The notes beneath the pieces are model-generated. The model was not told where the DNA came from, searched no databases, and was given only the letters and a program-made list of their open reading frames with translations. This document shows, piece after piece, positions 32,564 to 44,976 of a stretch of DNA of 64,000 nucleotides; the stretch's first letter is position 1, and each line of letters begins with the position of its first letter. This DNA comes from Blastocatellia bacterium (GTDB taxonomy: Bacteria > Acidobacteriota > Blastocatellia > UBA7656): assembly GCA_963765495.1 (NCBI GenBank), contig CAVXWP010000006.1, forward strand, positions 213,695 to 277,694, written 5' to 3'. The translations under genes and the position numbers were made by a program.

Positions 32564-34954
32564 ATGGGTTTAGAGACTTATTACAGAATAACGTCATACG
32601 CGCTCATCGCCACATCGTTTACGGCGCTTGCGCTGACGGGCGAGCTCGATGCGGTTTCGGTAGTCGTCTATCCGGTCGTGCTCGTATTTTGCTTTTACGC
32701 CGACGCGCGAGGGCTTACCAGACTCAGGCTGCGCGAATGGATGTGGCGCGCTCTGGCTCTTATTTATATCCCTTTCATCTTTGTCGATGCATCGCTTCTG
32801 AGCGACAGGATACTGGCGCTTGTTCACATGACGCTGTTTCTCTCGGGCGTGAAGCTGTTTCAAAACAAGCGCGACCGCGACTGGGTATTTCTTTACCTGA
32901 TCGCCTTTTTTCAGATGCTGCTTGCCGCCGGACTCACGTTCGATACCACATTCGTAGCCTCGCTCATCGCCTTTATCTTCTTTTTTATCTCTACGCTTGC
33001 CGCCTTCGAGATACGCCGCGCAAGAAGCGAAGTCGCGTCTGTCAATAAAGATGAAGAGACTATCATCCGCACGACCAGTCGCCGGATTCAGTCGCGCTCA
33101 AAAGAAAAGCCGGGTTCATCTGTTCGAAAACCGACAGGAAGAGTTCGCTATCTGGTCGGGGCCTCGATGGCTCAGGTGGCGCTCGTGGCTCTGCTCACGC
33201 TTCCTTTCTTCTTCTTTATTCCCAGGTTCGGCGGCGGCGGGGTGGCCCGAGGCTGGGGCGAAGGCCAGTCGATGACCGGGTTTTCACAGACGGTAAATCT
33301 GGGCGAGGTGGCGCAGATCAAAGAGAGCAGCCGCGTAGTGATGCACGTACAGCTTTCAAGCCGTCCCACCCGCCCGCTTCGCTGGCACGGAATCGCGCTC
33401 GATAATTATGACGGGCGCTCCTGGAAGGTCGCAGATTACTATGTTCGCACAAAGACTTCCGGCCAGAATTTACGCAGGGGGGGGGAGGTCTGGCAGCCTG
33501 AGGAAGATTTCAAACGCCTGTTTATAATAAGCGATCCCCGGACAGAACGCCCGCCTCTGCTCGAGCAAAAAATCGTTCTGGAGCCGCTTAAGATCAATGT
33601 CTTGTTTGCGGCTCAACGGCTTGTCAAACTGCGCGCGGATGTGTCGAAAATCCATATCACACGCGACACTGGCGACGACCCTGCCGAAGCGAGTAACGCC
33701 GTGTTTGCCGACAGCCTCAGAGGGCGCACCTCTTACACCGCGTTTTCCGATATCAGCTCTCCGAGCGAAGAAGATTTGCGCGCCGATTCCTCAAATATCT
33801 ATTCGCCCAGAATCGAGCAACTCTATTTGCAGAAACCGCTCAGGCTCGACCCGCGCATCGGTCGGCTCGCCCGCGAAATCACTCACGGCGCATCCACGCC
33901 TTACGACAAGGCCCGAGCTATAGAGAGTTACTTGAAGAGCAATTTCGGCTACACGCTCAACCTGAAGCCTACCGAGGGCGACCCGCTCGCCGAGTTCTTA
34001 TTCGAGGTTCGAGAAGGTCATTGCGAATATTTTGCCACGGCGATGGCCATAATGCTCAGAACGCTCAATATACCCGCGCGAATAGTCAACGGATTTCAGA
34101 TGGGCGAGTACAATGATGTCAACGATGTCTTTACGGTGCGCGAACGCGACGCCCATTCGTGGGTAGAGGTCTATTTCCCGCAGACCGATTCGTGGGTCGA
34201 GTTCGATCCCACGCCTGCCGCCGGAATAAACGATTATTCGCAAAACGGTATCTTTGCCGGGTTGCGGAAATATCTGGAAGCGGCAGAGATGCTCTGGCTC
34301 GATTACGTAGTGACGCTCGACAGCGACGAGCAGGCATCATTGATGGTAGAGATTCAGCACCGACTGGTTACGGTCAAAGACCGGGTGCTGGCCTATTACA
34401 CCTCGGCCAAGAACGGGATAAAAGACCTCATCGCAAGCTATTTGCTGACGGGGCATCGCTGGACTATTGGCGATGTGTTAAGGCTTGTGAGCGCGCTCGG
34501 GACTCTCCTGCTAACGCTTGTCGGAGCCTATGTGATCTTATCGTATATGAAGAGGCGGCGGCTTGCGCCTACCGGATACGGCCCGTGGTGGCACAGATTA
34601 TTTATCCTTCCGACCTGGCGGCGCGCTCGTCTCACGGGACGCGATCACAGAACCTCGGCCGTGCTTTTTTACGAACAGATGCTCGCCATAAGCGCCCGCG
34701 CCGGTTTGATCAAGCAGCCCGATCAAACCCCTCGGGAGTTCGCAGCCCAATCCGACCTCGATCAGATACGCGAAATTACCGCCGTCTACAATAGGGTCCG
34801 ATTCGGCGGCGCGCAGTTGACTCAGGGCGAGACCCGACATCTGGCCCTTTTGCTCGCGGAGTTGAAAAAGACCGTGCGGCGCTTGAAAAGGAGTAAGAAA
34901 AAGAAGCAAGCTCCGGGCACAAACGACCCCGCAAACCCGATGATAAGATCGTGA
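32564..34954 (+). CDS. TgpA-like transglutaminase domain membrane protein (DUF3488/DUF4129)
   Basis: GHCEYFA, HSWVEVY, FDPTP triad; N-terminal TMs; QTPREFA. Confidence 0.92.
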   Translation: MGLETYYRITSYALIATSFTALALTGELDAVSVVVYPVVLVFCFYADARGLTRLRLREWMWRALALIYIPFIFVDASLLSDRILALVHMTLFLSGVKLFQNKRDRDWVFLYLIAFFQMLLAAGLTFDTTFVASLIAFIFFFISTLAAFEIRRARSEVASVNKDEETIIRTTSRRIQSRSKEKPGSSVRKPTGRVRYLVGASMAQVALVALLTLPFFFFIPRFGGGGVARGWGEGQSMTGFSQTVNLGEVAQIKESSRVVMHVQLSSRPTRPLRWHGIALDNYDGRSWKVADYYVRTKTSGQNLRRGGEVWQPEEDFKRLFIISDPRTERPPLLEQKIVLEPLKINVLFAAQRLVKLRADVSKIHITRDTGDDPAEASNAVFADSLRGRTSYTAFSDISSPSEEDLRADSSNIYSPRIEQLYLQKPLRLDPRIGRLAREITHGASTPYDKARAIESYLKSNFGYTLNLKPTEGDPLAEFLFEVREGHCEYFATAMAIMLRTLNIPARIVNGFQMGEYNDVNDVFTVRERDAHSWVEVYFPQTDSWVEFDPTPAAGINDYSQNGIFAGLRKYLEAAEMLWLDYVVTLDSDEQASLMVEIQHRLVTVKDRVLAYYTSAKNGIKDLIASYLLTGHRWTIGDVLRLVSALGTLLLTLVGAYVILSYMKRRRLAPTGYGPWWHRLFILPTWRRARLTGRDHRTSAVLFYEQMLAISARAGLIKQPDQTPREFAAQSDLDQIREITAVYNRVRFGGAQLTQGETRHLALLLAELKKTVRRLKRSKKKKQAPGTNDPANPMIRS

Positions 34955-35069
34955 AAAGCAGATCGCATCAAGCGTCTCATCTGACACATGGACCCTTTCG
35001 GCGACTGCGATTTGACAAGCAAGCGTGGGCAGCATAGCATGCGACGGGTACGAGACATTCTGGAGGGTT

Positions 35070-35696
35070 ATGAAGATTTACGATGTAACGGTCCCGTTCT
35101 CAGACGACATGGTAGTCTATCCCGGCGACCCACCGGTCAAGATAGAGCCTACAAGCATAATCAATAAGGATGATGCCAGGTTCAACGTCAGTCGCTACTC
35201 GTTCGGCTCACACACGGGCACACACATAGATGCGCCGTTTCACCTTATCGAAAACGGCATTACCGCAGACAATCTGCCGCTCGAACTGTTCATCGGACGC
35301 GCGCGCGTCGTCGAGATTACTTCACCACGTATTGACGAAACCGCTCTGGAGGAATTCGACTTTACGCCTGATGTGCGGGTGCTGTTTAAGACTCGCAATT
35401 CATATCTCTGGAATCAAAACGAATTCGTCGAAGACTTTGTCTACATTACCCCCGGCGCGGCCCGCGTCCTTGTCAACGAAGGCATAAAAGTCGTCGGAAT
35501 AGATTATCTTTCCGTAGAAAAATTTGGCTCCGACAACCCCGAAACCCATATGATATTGCTCGAGGCGGGCACGTTGATCGTCGAGGGGTTGAATCTGCGA
35601 GAGGTCGAGCCGGATGATTACGAGATGATCTGTTTGCCGCTCAAAGTGAAAAATGGTGACGGCGCGCCTGCCCGCGTACTGCTCCGCAAACAGTAA
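35070..35696 (+). CDS. Cyclase family metallohydrolase (kynurenine formamidase-like)
   Basis: HTGTHIDAPFH, GIDYLS, DGAPAR. Confidence 0.9.
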   Translation: MKIYDVTVPFSDDMVVYPGDPPVKIEPTSIINKDDARFNVSRYSFGSHTGTHIDAPFHLIENGITADNLPLELFIGRARVVEITSPRIDETALEEFDFTPDVRVLFKTRNSYLWNQNEFVEDFVYITPGAARVLVNEGIKVVGIDYLSVEKFGSDNPETHMILLEAGTLIVEGLNLREVEPDDYEMICLPLKVKNGDGAPARVLLRKQ

Positions 35697-35771
35697 ATTT
35701 TGCCCGGTAAAGTTTTGCCCCGTCAGGCAGTCTGAAGGCCTGCAAATCTATAGAGGGCGCTTCCAACCAAA

Positions 35772-36413
35772 ATGAACGAAGCGGATTTAATCAAGCTGGC
35801 AGGCGAGCAAAAAGTCTTCGCGGTCGCGCGCGCGCATTCGGCGGAATCTGCGTTGCGCGCTGCGGAAGCGGCCATAATAGGCGGCATAAAACTGATCGAG
35901 GTAGCCCTTGTCACGCCAGGCAGTTTTCGGGTCATATCGGATTTGCGCCGCCAGTACGGCGACCGGGCGACGGTAGGCGCAGGCTATGTCATGACGTATG
36001 ACCAGATAGACCGCGCGGTAAAGAGCGGGGCGCAGTTTATAAGCATGCCGCACACACTGACTACGATGATCGAAGTCTGCCGCCGTTATCGCGTACCCGC
36101 CATAATCGGCGCGCTCACACCCACCGAAATCGCTACGGCAACCGCCTACAGCGTGCCGTTTATCACGGTCTTTCCCGTCTCTGCTATGGGCGGCCCCGAT
36201 TATTTCGGCAAGTTGACATCGCGAATGCCGAACGTGCGGCTTGTGGCTTCGGGCGGAGTCGAACTGGAAAATATCTCTGAATACATGAAAGCAGGCGCGT
36301 TTGCCGTCACGGTCGGCAGCAGCCTGTTTACGCCGGGCGACATACAGAACGAAAACTATGTAGCTATAGCCGAACGCGCTCGCGCGATGCTGCATCTGGC
36401 AGGCGTCATTTAA
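35772..36413 (+). CDS. KDPG/KHG aldolase family protein
   Basis: GIKLIEV, GALTPTEI, SGGV; the usual KxFP lysine appears to be replaced (ITVFP). Confidence 0.78.
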   Translation: MNEADLIKLAGEQKVFAVARAHSAESALRAAEAAIIGGIKLIEVALVTPGSFRVISDLRRQYGDRATVGAGYVMTYDQIDRAVKSGAQFISMPHTLTTMIEVCRRYRVPAIIGALTPTEIATATAYSVPFITVFPVSAMGGPDYFGKLTSRMPNVRLVASGGVELENISEYMKAGAFAVTVGSSLFTPGDIQNENYVAIAERARAMLHLAGVI

Positions 36414-36484
36414 CGCCCGTTTTTCAAGTTCTGGTCTGTAACGATTTCATAAATTCTCAAACTTTGTACTTGACTACCTGAAGA

Positions 36485-36515
36485 AAGGCCGGAGACGTTG
36501 GCGCTCCGGCCCTTA
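36485..36515. terminator. Hairpin between convergent genes
   Basis: GGCCGGAG...CTCCGGCC. Confidence 0.5.
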
Positions 36516-36540
36516 GGATTTTCACTGATCTGTTGTTCCT

Positions 36541-39500
36541 TTATCTATCTGTATTCGCTACATTCGGTGGACAACTGCACGTGCTGTTTGTCGTGTCGTC
36601 ATCCTTTATCGAACTTACTGTTACTCGCTTGTTCTGCACAATTGTTAACGTTGCGCTCGCCTTGTGTGTGCACGTGTTCATCGTCGCACTCACCGTCTGT
36701 GTTCCTACGCTGTGCGTCAGGTTGATCGTGCATGCGTTCGGCCTTGTGATCGTCCCTCTTCCACTCAACTGGAACCCGTCTGAACACCTCACGAACAGAT
36801 AGTCTCCCGTTACCGAGTTGAAGACTATATAGCTCCCGTTCGTGTTGTCCTGCAAGCACACGTCGAAGACCGTCACCGTGAAACTACACGTCGCCGTGTT
36901 GCCTGCCGTGTCCGTCACCGTGCACACCACCGTCGTTGACCCCAGCGGAAACTCGCTTCCTGACGGCGGGTTGCATACCGCGCTCGCCACTCCGCAGTTA
37001 TCCGCTGTCACTGGCGGCGGGTAATTCACTACCACTCGCGGGTCTCCAGGATTCACCGTCGTTATCACTATATTCGCTGGACACGTGATCGTTGGCGGCA
37101 CCTGATCTACTCCTAAGGTCGCTGCCTGCGATGTCGCCATCCCGCAAGTATTTGTGAACTTCGCTCGATACCTGTTGTTTCTCACCGCTACCGTTGCCGT
37201 CACCGTCAATGGATTGCTCGTCGCGCCTGATATGTTATTAAACGTTGCTCCATTGTCGGTTGACACCTGCCATTGTATCGTCGGCGCCGGGCTTCCCGAC
37301 GCCGTTGAAGAGAAGTTCACTACATCTCCTACGCAGGCTGTCACGCTCTGCGGATTTGTCTGCACAACGGGCGTCGTGTTCACTGTCAACATCGCCGCGC
37401 TTGTCGCCGTCATACCGCACGTGTTTGTAAACACCGCACGGTACTTGTTCCCGTTCATCGAGAAGTTCGCCGTAAACAATAGCGTTGTCGATGTCTCTCC
37501 GCTCAAGTTATTGAACGTCGCCCCTCCATCGGTTGATACCTGCCACTGCACGGTCGGCGTCGGCGTTCCGTTTGCTGCTGCTGTAAACGTCACCTTGTCT
37601 CCCGCGCAGACGGTCTGCGTTTGCGGATTTTGGGTTATATCGGGCGCTCGATTTACAAACGTAGTCGCCGTCCCCGTGTTGTTACCCGGTGTCGGGTCCA
37701 TTATGGTCGAGGCCGCTGTCGCCGTGTTTGTGATCGTAGCCCCGTTTGCGGTGTTCGAGTTGACCTTTACTACCACCTGGAATGTAGCCGTTTCGCCATT
37801 TGGCACACTACCCTTCGAGAAGACTACATTGCCCGTACCGCCAACGGCAGGCGCGCTTATACTCCACCCACTGCCGGTTGTGACACTCGCTGATACGAAT
37901 GTCGTGTTTGTGGGTACGGCATCTGTGACAGTAGCCGAGGTCGCACTTCCAGGCCCGTTGTTTATAAAGCTGATGGTGTAAGTGATGTTGTTACCGGCAA
38001 GCACCGGGTCGGGGGCATCAGTCTTGCTGACTATCTCAAGATCGGCCTGCGCTTGAACGGTCGTTGTAGCCGTGCCGGTGTTATTGCCCTGTGTGCCGTC
38101 AGGTGTGTCGGAAGAGATCACGGCATTGTTTGTGATGATTGTGCCGCCCGGTGTGGCATTGTCCACGTTGACGACGAGAGTGAATGAAGCGGTCTCGGCG
38201 TTTGCGATGGCCGGCTTAGTGAACATAATTGTGCCGGTGCCGCCGACAGGAACCGAATCGACTCTGGTCCATCCAGCCGGAGTAGTGACCGAGACGAAGG
38301 TTGTGTTTGCGGGAATCGCATCTGTAAGCACCGCGTTGTTAGCCGTGTCGGGCCCGTTGTTTATTGTGGTTATGGTGTAAGTGATATTGCTGCCAGAGAA
38401 GACGGGGTCGGGCGTGTCAGTCTTTGTGACAGCCAGATCGGCCTGAGCAAGCGTGGTGCATGTCGGGTTGGCAGCCCCCGCGACATCGGGATCATCGGTT
38501 AGAACACTGATGGGGCCGTCGGCAGTGACGGTGCCCTGATTGCAGACCTGAGTGGTTCCGGGCGGTGTGACAGGCGTGTTGATGGTCGCCCGGAACATTA
38601 TCATCATGCTCTTGCCCGCCGGGAGGGTGAATGGTCCGGTGTTAACTGTCTCGCCGCTCAAGGCAGGATGGAACAAAGCGGCGGGCACGATACGGTTTCT
38701 TCTATAGGGGCTTGCGTTCCCACTCCTGTTAATCCTCAAAATCGCGGGATTCGGCAACGAGCCATAGGCAGTGGATGATTGATCTGCATCGGGATTGAAT
38801 ACGGCATAGCGAGGATCGTAAGGGATCTTTGCCGCTCCGCCTTCGATATACGAAGAGTCAGGCTCGCCGCTCGTTTGAGTTGATTCCGGGTGAGAAGCTG
38901 CGCTTGATTGAGCCAATTGCCTTGATTTGATCGAGTCTATGAGTGATGAAATGCTCGATCTCAACTGTTCGAGCGGCAACCGCCTTACGCCAGGCGAGAT
39001 TGTGCCTTCCATCAACGCGCGCAGGTTGTCCGGTATCTCTTTCTTGTCTTGTAAGTAAACATTCCCAAGCTCGCGCATCACGACCGTAAGCAGATCCATA
39101 TTTTCATGCGCCAGGCTCAGATCGGTTGTCTGAAGCTCCAGCCCCGGAACGGGCACATCGAATTCCGAGTTCTCCATAGGAAATTGATCGAAGTACCAGC
39201 CGTAGCCTGCCCCGGTCTCATCCAGTTTAATCTGAGTCGAAGAAAAGTTTGCAAGCTGGTCGCCCGGCAGATCTGCAACCTCAAACGTAACTTCGCGAAG
39301 GCGCGCGAGGTCTTCGGCAGAGATTCCTAACATCTCCCATCTCGTAAGGGCGGCTTGTAGCATCCATTGCAGTTCGCTATCCTGAAGCTTATTGACCTTT
39401 TCTTCACTTTGCTGCTCGCCGTTTGTAGCAACACAGGTGGCAGGAGGGCTACTACCTTCATCGGGAGGCAAACGCAACAGGCCAGAGTTTGTAGCGCTCT

Positions 39501-42500
39501 CTTCAGAAACAAGCGCCGGGGTCACAATCGGCCCGCTAATCAGCGCGACGCCCGCGTTGGCATATGCATCTCCGGTATTTGCCCCCTGGAGTTGTTGTTG
39601 TGCAGTCTGTCCGCCGGGGCCGGGCGGGTTGTCCACAAGCTGCGCGGTGGCACCGCCCAACTCCTCGTAGATAAGATAGGCATCGCTGCCAGTGAAAGTC
39701 GGATAGTCGTAGGAGCCGGTTCCAACCGAGGCTGCGGTCGGCACGGTGTTGCCGCGAATGTCTGCTCGCACGGTTGAGGGCGACCCTTGATTGTCAGCCG
39801 CGACGAAGATTCCTGCCAAAGGGAAATTGGATGATCCCGGGTGACAGGTCAAATGAACGTGGTTCACATCATTGTTTGTAATCGTAATGTTACTTGCAGG
39901 GACGGTTTGCCCGGTCGTGGTCGTCCCGAGGAACTGGGCGTCAATCCCGCGCGAAGTTGATGTCTCCCGGATGGTATTATCATCAACCAGGAGGGTTGAT
40001 GCGGTCTTGCCCTGAATGACGATGGCAATACCTGGTCCCGCTTGCGCACCTGAATCACATACTCCCGCCGTACCGATGGTATTACTCTGTATTGTGCCGG
40101 TTATCGTGCCGCCAGTCGAAGTAGACGACGCGCGGACATTAATCGCTTGCAGACCGCCACCGGTGGGTGTTTCGGTGAATTGGAAGTTGGAACTCAGGAG
40201 CTTGAACGCCAAATCCGAAGCGGTATCCGAGGCGAAGCTGACGTGAATTCCATTGTGCATAAAGGTACTGCCGGACACGACAAAGTAGGTCGCCGGCATG
40301 GCAGTAGTGTCGCCAATTCTCCCGGTGTCGTGCGTGTCCACTTCTAAAGCCCTTTGCGGTGAATTGTTGTTAAAAGTGCAACCGGTCATGTTTGCCGCTG
40401 TCGTCACCGCCGTTCCCGACATCTCGTAGAGGAAGGCATTCGCACCAAATGTATCATTGAGATTGTTGAAACTGCTGTTTGTCACAGTAAGTAAGCTGAT
40501 CGTCCCGGAGGTGTTGCGGAAGTGAACGTTATTGTGCGCGTTACTGCTAACATCGCAGTTGGTGATTGAGACTGTTCCGGTGACGCCAACCGTATTGCCA
40601 GAGAATAATCCGAACTGTATACCTTCATCGCTCGTGCTGTTGCCGTTGTTCGTCACGTTACATCGATTCATCGAGTAGTTGGTGACGCCGAAGCCCTGAA
40701 TCCCGGCGTCGGCACTGCTTTGAACATTCATGTAGTTGAGGCTGATGTTACTCACAGTATCCAGGGCGATGCCCTGGTTGGCTGCATTTTTAATCACGCC
40801 GCTTGAGCCATTGTTTGAACCGCCGCTGTCTCCTGTGATGGTGAAACTGCCGTTGGTTCTTTTAGTTTGATGCCGTTCGCTCCGCCTGTGCCCGACGACT
40901 CATTCATAGAGACTTTCGTAAGCGATATCATCAGAGGTGTAGTGCTGCTGCTTCGGGTGATCTCAACGGCAGGCGCGCCAGTCGTGCTGATCGTGCCGCT
41001 AGTCGAGGTTATGGTCATGGTATTTTCCTGAGCCAGCAATCCTCGCTGATTCGCATCCGGCGCTATGTTCAAAGCCCCAAACGTAATCGTCCCGGTGTTG
41101 CCTGTTCCGCTGCCGCCCAGGACCACTCCTGTTCCACCTGAACTGTTCGCTGTCGTATTACCGAAATTGAGCGCGGCGCTGCAACTCGTCGCCGTTATTC
41201 CGATTCCTGACGGATTGGTTATGGTCGTTGTGCCTATTGTCAGACTGCCCGATGCGCTTGTCAGACTTATGCCCGTCCCTGTGCTGTTTGTTGACGATAC
41301 GCTCGTAAAGGTCATTCCAAGCGTCGTCGGGTTGACTACCAGCGCCGGAGCATTGGTCGAACTGATCGAGCCGGTCGTCACGTTCACCGTCCCGCTGCTT
41401 GTCGCACTCACCCCAGTTCCATTGCTTGTCGTCACCGCAAGCGACGTGAACGTGAATGTCCCGCTGTTGCTGTTCAGGTTCACGCCCGTCCCGGCTGACG
41501 ATCCTTTGTTTACAGTCGTGCTCCCGAAGCTGAAACTGGTCCCACTTGGCGCGCTCTGAACATCAATACCCGTGCCTGTCGGATTGACTATATTTGTCGT
41601 CGTGGATGTAAACGACCCGCCCACTGTGTTGAGACGCGCGCCTTCGGCAGAGCTTCCGCCACTCGACTCTATGGCGTCGAATGTTGATCCTGAGGCAAAC
41701 GTGCCTGTCATCAAGTTCAAGGCTCGCCCCGTTCCGTTCACCGTTACATCTTTGATCGTCAGCGTGCCAAAGCTCGTCCCGGCGATGTCGGTCCCCGCAG
41801 CAGTCGTGTTGCCGACCGTGAACCCGTGAAGTCGGTTGTTCTGCGCCAGGGTGATGGCCGTCGCCCCTGAGGTCGTGATTACGGGATCGGTTCCGTTTGT
41901 CGCAGGCAGCAGGTTGTTGCCTGATGGCGGAGTCGCTGATAACCCTGAAAGATTCAACAGCGTATCGGCAGCGCCCTGTCCTATCAATCGCTGGTCGTTG
42001 AGCAGCGTCAGCCCGCCCGTGTAGCTGCCGCTGAACAGGAATATGCTGTCGCCCGCCTGATCAAGTGGCGAGTTTGAGAAGAACTTCGCAGTAGGCGTGT
42101 CCGTCCCTACCAGCCCTTTGAACGGCGTGGTTCGCCGACCGTCGCCTCCGTCGGGGGCGGTAGAGCTATCGTCAATGAACCATATCTTCCCGTTGAAGTT
42201 AATCGTTACGGTGGCTGTATTGGTCTTACCCGTGCCGTTGCCGAGCGTGTAATTGAAAGAGTCGCTCGTGCCGGTAAATCCAGCCGCCGGGTTGTAGGTA
42301 AACGCGCCGGTCGAAGTATTGACCGTGACCGTGCCGCCGTTTGCGCTTGTCGCATCGAATGCGGTTATCGTCAGCGAGCCGCTGCCGTTCGGATTGAGGT
42401 CGTTTGCCAGCAAACCCTGCGCTGCCGGAACATCTATATCCACATTGCCTATGGTTTGATATGTGTCGTTGACGGCTATGGGTGAAGCGGTAAGCGATCC

Positions 42501-42914
42501 CGGTACCAGAGTCGTGTTGGCATCAATCGTATCGGCGAAGTTGACGCCCGTCGCATCCATAGCGCCGGTGTTTGTGATAGTGACCGTGTACATCAACGTG
42601 TCACCGGGGTCAGCCTTGCCATTCAGATTCACATCGGTTTGCAGCGCATCTACCTTTGTAGCCGTGATGGTCGTCGCAAGCGGAGCAAGGGACGTCGAGG
42701 CTGGGCGGGCTTTGAAATTGCCGACTACATTTGAAGGCCGCGCCTCAAGTGGAAGAGAGGAAGACAAGCTTGTCGCGCTGCTTTCCGGGGCGGCATTAAG
42801 AGAGGTATCAAGAGAGATCACAGACCTGTCTGATGCCAGAAGGAATATTAGACAGATTGCTAGAAGTAGAGCGCTTCTCAGAATAATAGAGTTTCTAAAG
42901 GACATGCGATTCAT
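36541..42914 (-). pseudogene. Large secreted surface protein (DUF11, Big_9-like, beta-helix, Ig-like, HYR), split by a 1-nt frameshift at ~40860
   Basis: ORFs 42914-40794 and 40797-36541 join if one base is added in the A4 run: ...GIKLK|RTNGSFTITGDSGG...GVIKNAA; ADLAVTKTD..DPV, QWQVSTD, PPTITCP..CSFTVTV motifs. Confidence 0.75.
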
Positions 42915-43517
42915 ATATCTCCTCTTGATCGCAACGCTGCGATTCAGGGCCGAGCGAATAAGGGGTTAACGATGCGAGCAGAAGGCGCTCCTGCTCTACA
43001 GATACAGTAAAAACCTTATCATCACAAAAAGCCTTAAGATTCGAATGCTTCTATACGGAAGGAACACTTGCCGATCACAAATGCGCCTTCCTGAAGCGGT
43101 AATTGTATTGTGGAATCACACCGGGGGTTGCCGGGTAAACCATTTACCAAACAAAGTGTTTCCAGCAAATGGATCTACCGGTGGTAATCTACAAGTTCAG
43201 ACATATACCTCTGAGCCACGAGCACGGATGAGAAATAGCCCTTCACCAGAAACCACGAAGGGCACACATCATAGCTTGTTAAAAATCAAATTGAATCCTG
43301 CTCAAGACTGGTGGCAATATTATTCCTCTCAATTATTGGGGTCAAGCCTTTTCGAGCAAATGAAATGGATCAGAGTCCATAGCAAAACGGCCCTTCAGAT
43401 TTGGAATCCTCAGTGACGAAAAGAGGCTAAAAACCAGAGCGGAATAAGGATTACCGGAGGTCTTGAGCGCGCGAGAACAGTCCTTTCAACCCGGCACCTG
43501 CAAAAGCAGGGGGAGAA

Positions 43518-43546
43518 GAAATAAAGGCCGCCTCTCGGGCAGCCTT
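43518..43546 (-). terminator. Rho-independent terminator downstream of the tRNA fragment
   Basis: Minus strand AAGGCTGCC-CGAGA-GGCGGCCTT-TATTT. Confidence 0.65.
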
Positions 43547-43564
43547 GTTTCCTGTTTCTAATGA

Positions 43565-43609
43565 TGAGCCGGGAAGGAATCGAACCTTCAACCCACGGAT
43601 TAAGAGTCC
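43565..43609 (-). tRNA. 3' half of tRNA-Lys(CTT); att direct-repeat fragment, not an intact tRNA
   Basis: GGACTCTTAATCC anticodon arm, GAAGG-TTCGATT-CCTTC T-arm, CCGGCTCA acceptor strand; no D-arm or 5' acceptor strand upstream. Confidence 0.85.
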
Positions 43610-43701
43610 CAAGCAGGCGTTTTATGGCGTGCCGTAGTGTCTATAAATCAACAATTTACGTACTGCCCTGTCCACTTCGTTATACTGCGTATTCTCCCGA
43701 C

Positions 43702-43721
43702 TGCTGTCAGGGTTGCTGTCA
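43702..43721 (+). promoter_or_regulatory. Putative integrase arm-type binding repeats
   Basis: TGCTGTCA twice, 12 bp apart, ~90 bp inside the att core. Confidence 0.5.
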
Positions 43722-43727
43722 AAAAAC

Positions 43728-44885
43728 CTATCTCGATCCTTCTGTTTTTTCATTTCTCGAAGCCTCTCGTTTTGATCTGTCAGAATCTCTTTTCCATACC
43801 TTCTTTGGACCGGATTTATTTGTCTGACAGGAAAGGCAATAATTGCGTTTATCCTCTCTTGGCTTTCGCGTTGGAATGTGCCATTTATCACAGGCGGCAC
43901 ATCTGTAGATGCCTTTGCTTCCAGTAATATTCTGTGCAAGTTGAAGCCATACCAAAGGGAAGAATCCCCATCTATATTGAATTGCCATGTGAAGCTCGAA
44001 ATGCGTGGTGAGAGAGTCACGTTTGCTTCCCCAAGTTACTACAAAACCGGGACTGTTGGAAGTAGATAGATGTTCGTTAATGGTTGTGAGAAGCCTATGG
44101 ACTTGCAGTTGACGGGATTCATCATCCTTGCCTTGTATAGTGACCGTGCGACCGTCTTCATATATCAATTCATCATAAGCACTAGAGGGATCGAGAATCA
44201 AAAAGAGATCAAAAGGTGCGGGTTGATCGTTCGCAATATAACCCGCAATTTGAATAGCTGCCTCTACCTGCTTTGCTTTCGCCTGGAACATAATTATCGG
44301 CTCGCTACGATACCATATGCATTTGTTCTCATCGTAATCTGTGGAGATTTCGTAAGAATGGGGTTGAGGAATCCAGCCAGGACACCTAAAAGAGTGGTTT
44401 GCACAGTACCAGAGAGGCCCCCATCGCTTAACGAATCCTAGGACTACCTGCTCAACTTCGGAATTATCTGCATCTGCAATCCGTAAGAAGTCTCCAAGAA
44501 GTGATGACACCTCATCATCGTTTGGAATTCTCCTTTTCCAACCTGCTTCACGAATAGCAGACAAAAACCTACCGGGGTTTTTTCCGTTGAGCATCTCGTC
44601 TTCTAGGTCGTCTGGTATTGGATACCAGATACCACGATCTCGTTTTTCAGGTGAAATACCAGCATTCTCCAAAATCCAAATACTTTCGTTCACTGTAACA
44701 TACGTATTATTCCAGGTGGATAACTTGGTCACACCAAGCCCGTCACGCGGTTTAGGCCCGATCCTTTCGGGTGGAATTCGTATGCCTATTGGATAACCAG
44801 CCAGGTAAGTCTGTAAACTTTCCTCGATATTTACACCTGCCGTCTGCATTTTAATGATCGAGTTCTTTATTTTGGCCCTTTTCAT
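43728..44885 (-). CDS. Hypothetical protein with C-terminal Zn finger (CGNR-like)
   Basis: CAAC...YCLSC; divergent from the HTH genes. Confidence 0.65.
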   Translation of the reverse strand: MKRAKIKNSIIKMQTAGVNIEESLQTYLAGYPIGIRIPPERIGPKPRDGLGVTKLSTWNNTYVTVNESIWILENAGISPEKRDRGIWYPIPDDLEDEMLNGKNPGRFLSAIREAGWKRRIPNDDEVSSLLGDFLRIADADNSEVEQVVLGFVKRWGPLWYCANHSFRCPGWIPQPHSYEISTDYDENKCIWYRSEPIIMFQAKAKQVEAAIQIAGYIANDQPAPFDLFLILDPSSAYDELIYEDGRTVTIQGKDDESRQLQVHRLLTTINEHLSTSNSPGFVVTWGSKRDSLTTHFELHMAIQYRWGFFPLVWLQLAQNITGSKGIYRCAACDKWHIPTRKPREDKRNYCLSCQTNKSGPKKVWKRDSDRSKREASRNEKTEGSR

Positions 44886-44976
44886 AATTTTTGTAATGTA
44901 GAACTAAAGTAGAACTAAAACTCTCGATATACTAACCAAATCTTTAGTATTCTGCAATCGAAGATTAGGAGGTTCT

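Noticed and set aside
43045-43416. 123-aa ORF upstream of the surface protein gene
   Set aside because: No recognisable motif or RBS; more likely the AT-rich regulatory region of the divergent gene.
43565-43640. Intact tRNA-Lys gene
   Set aside because: The 5' acceptor strand and D-arm are missing; only the anticodon arm to the 3' end is present.
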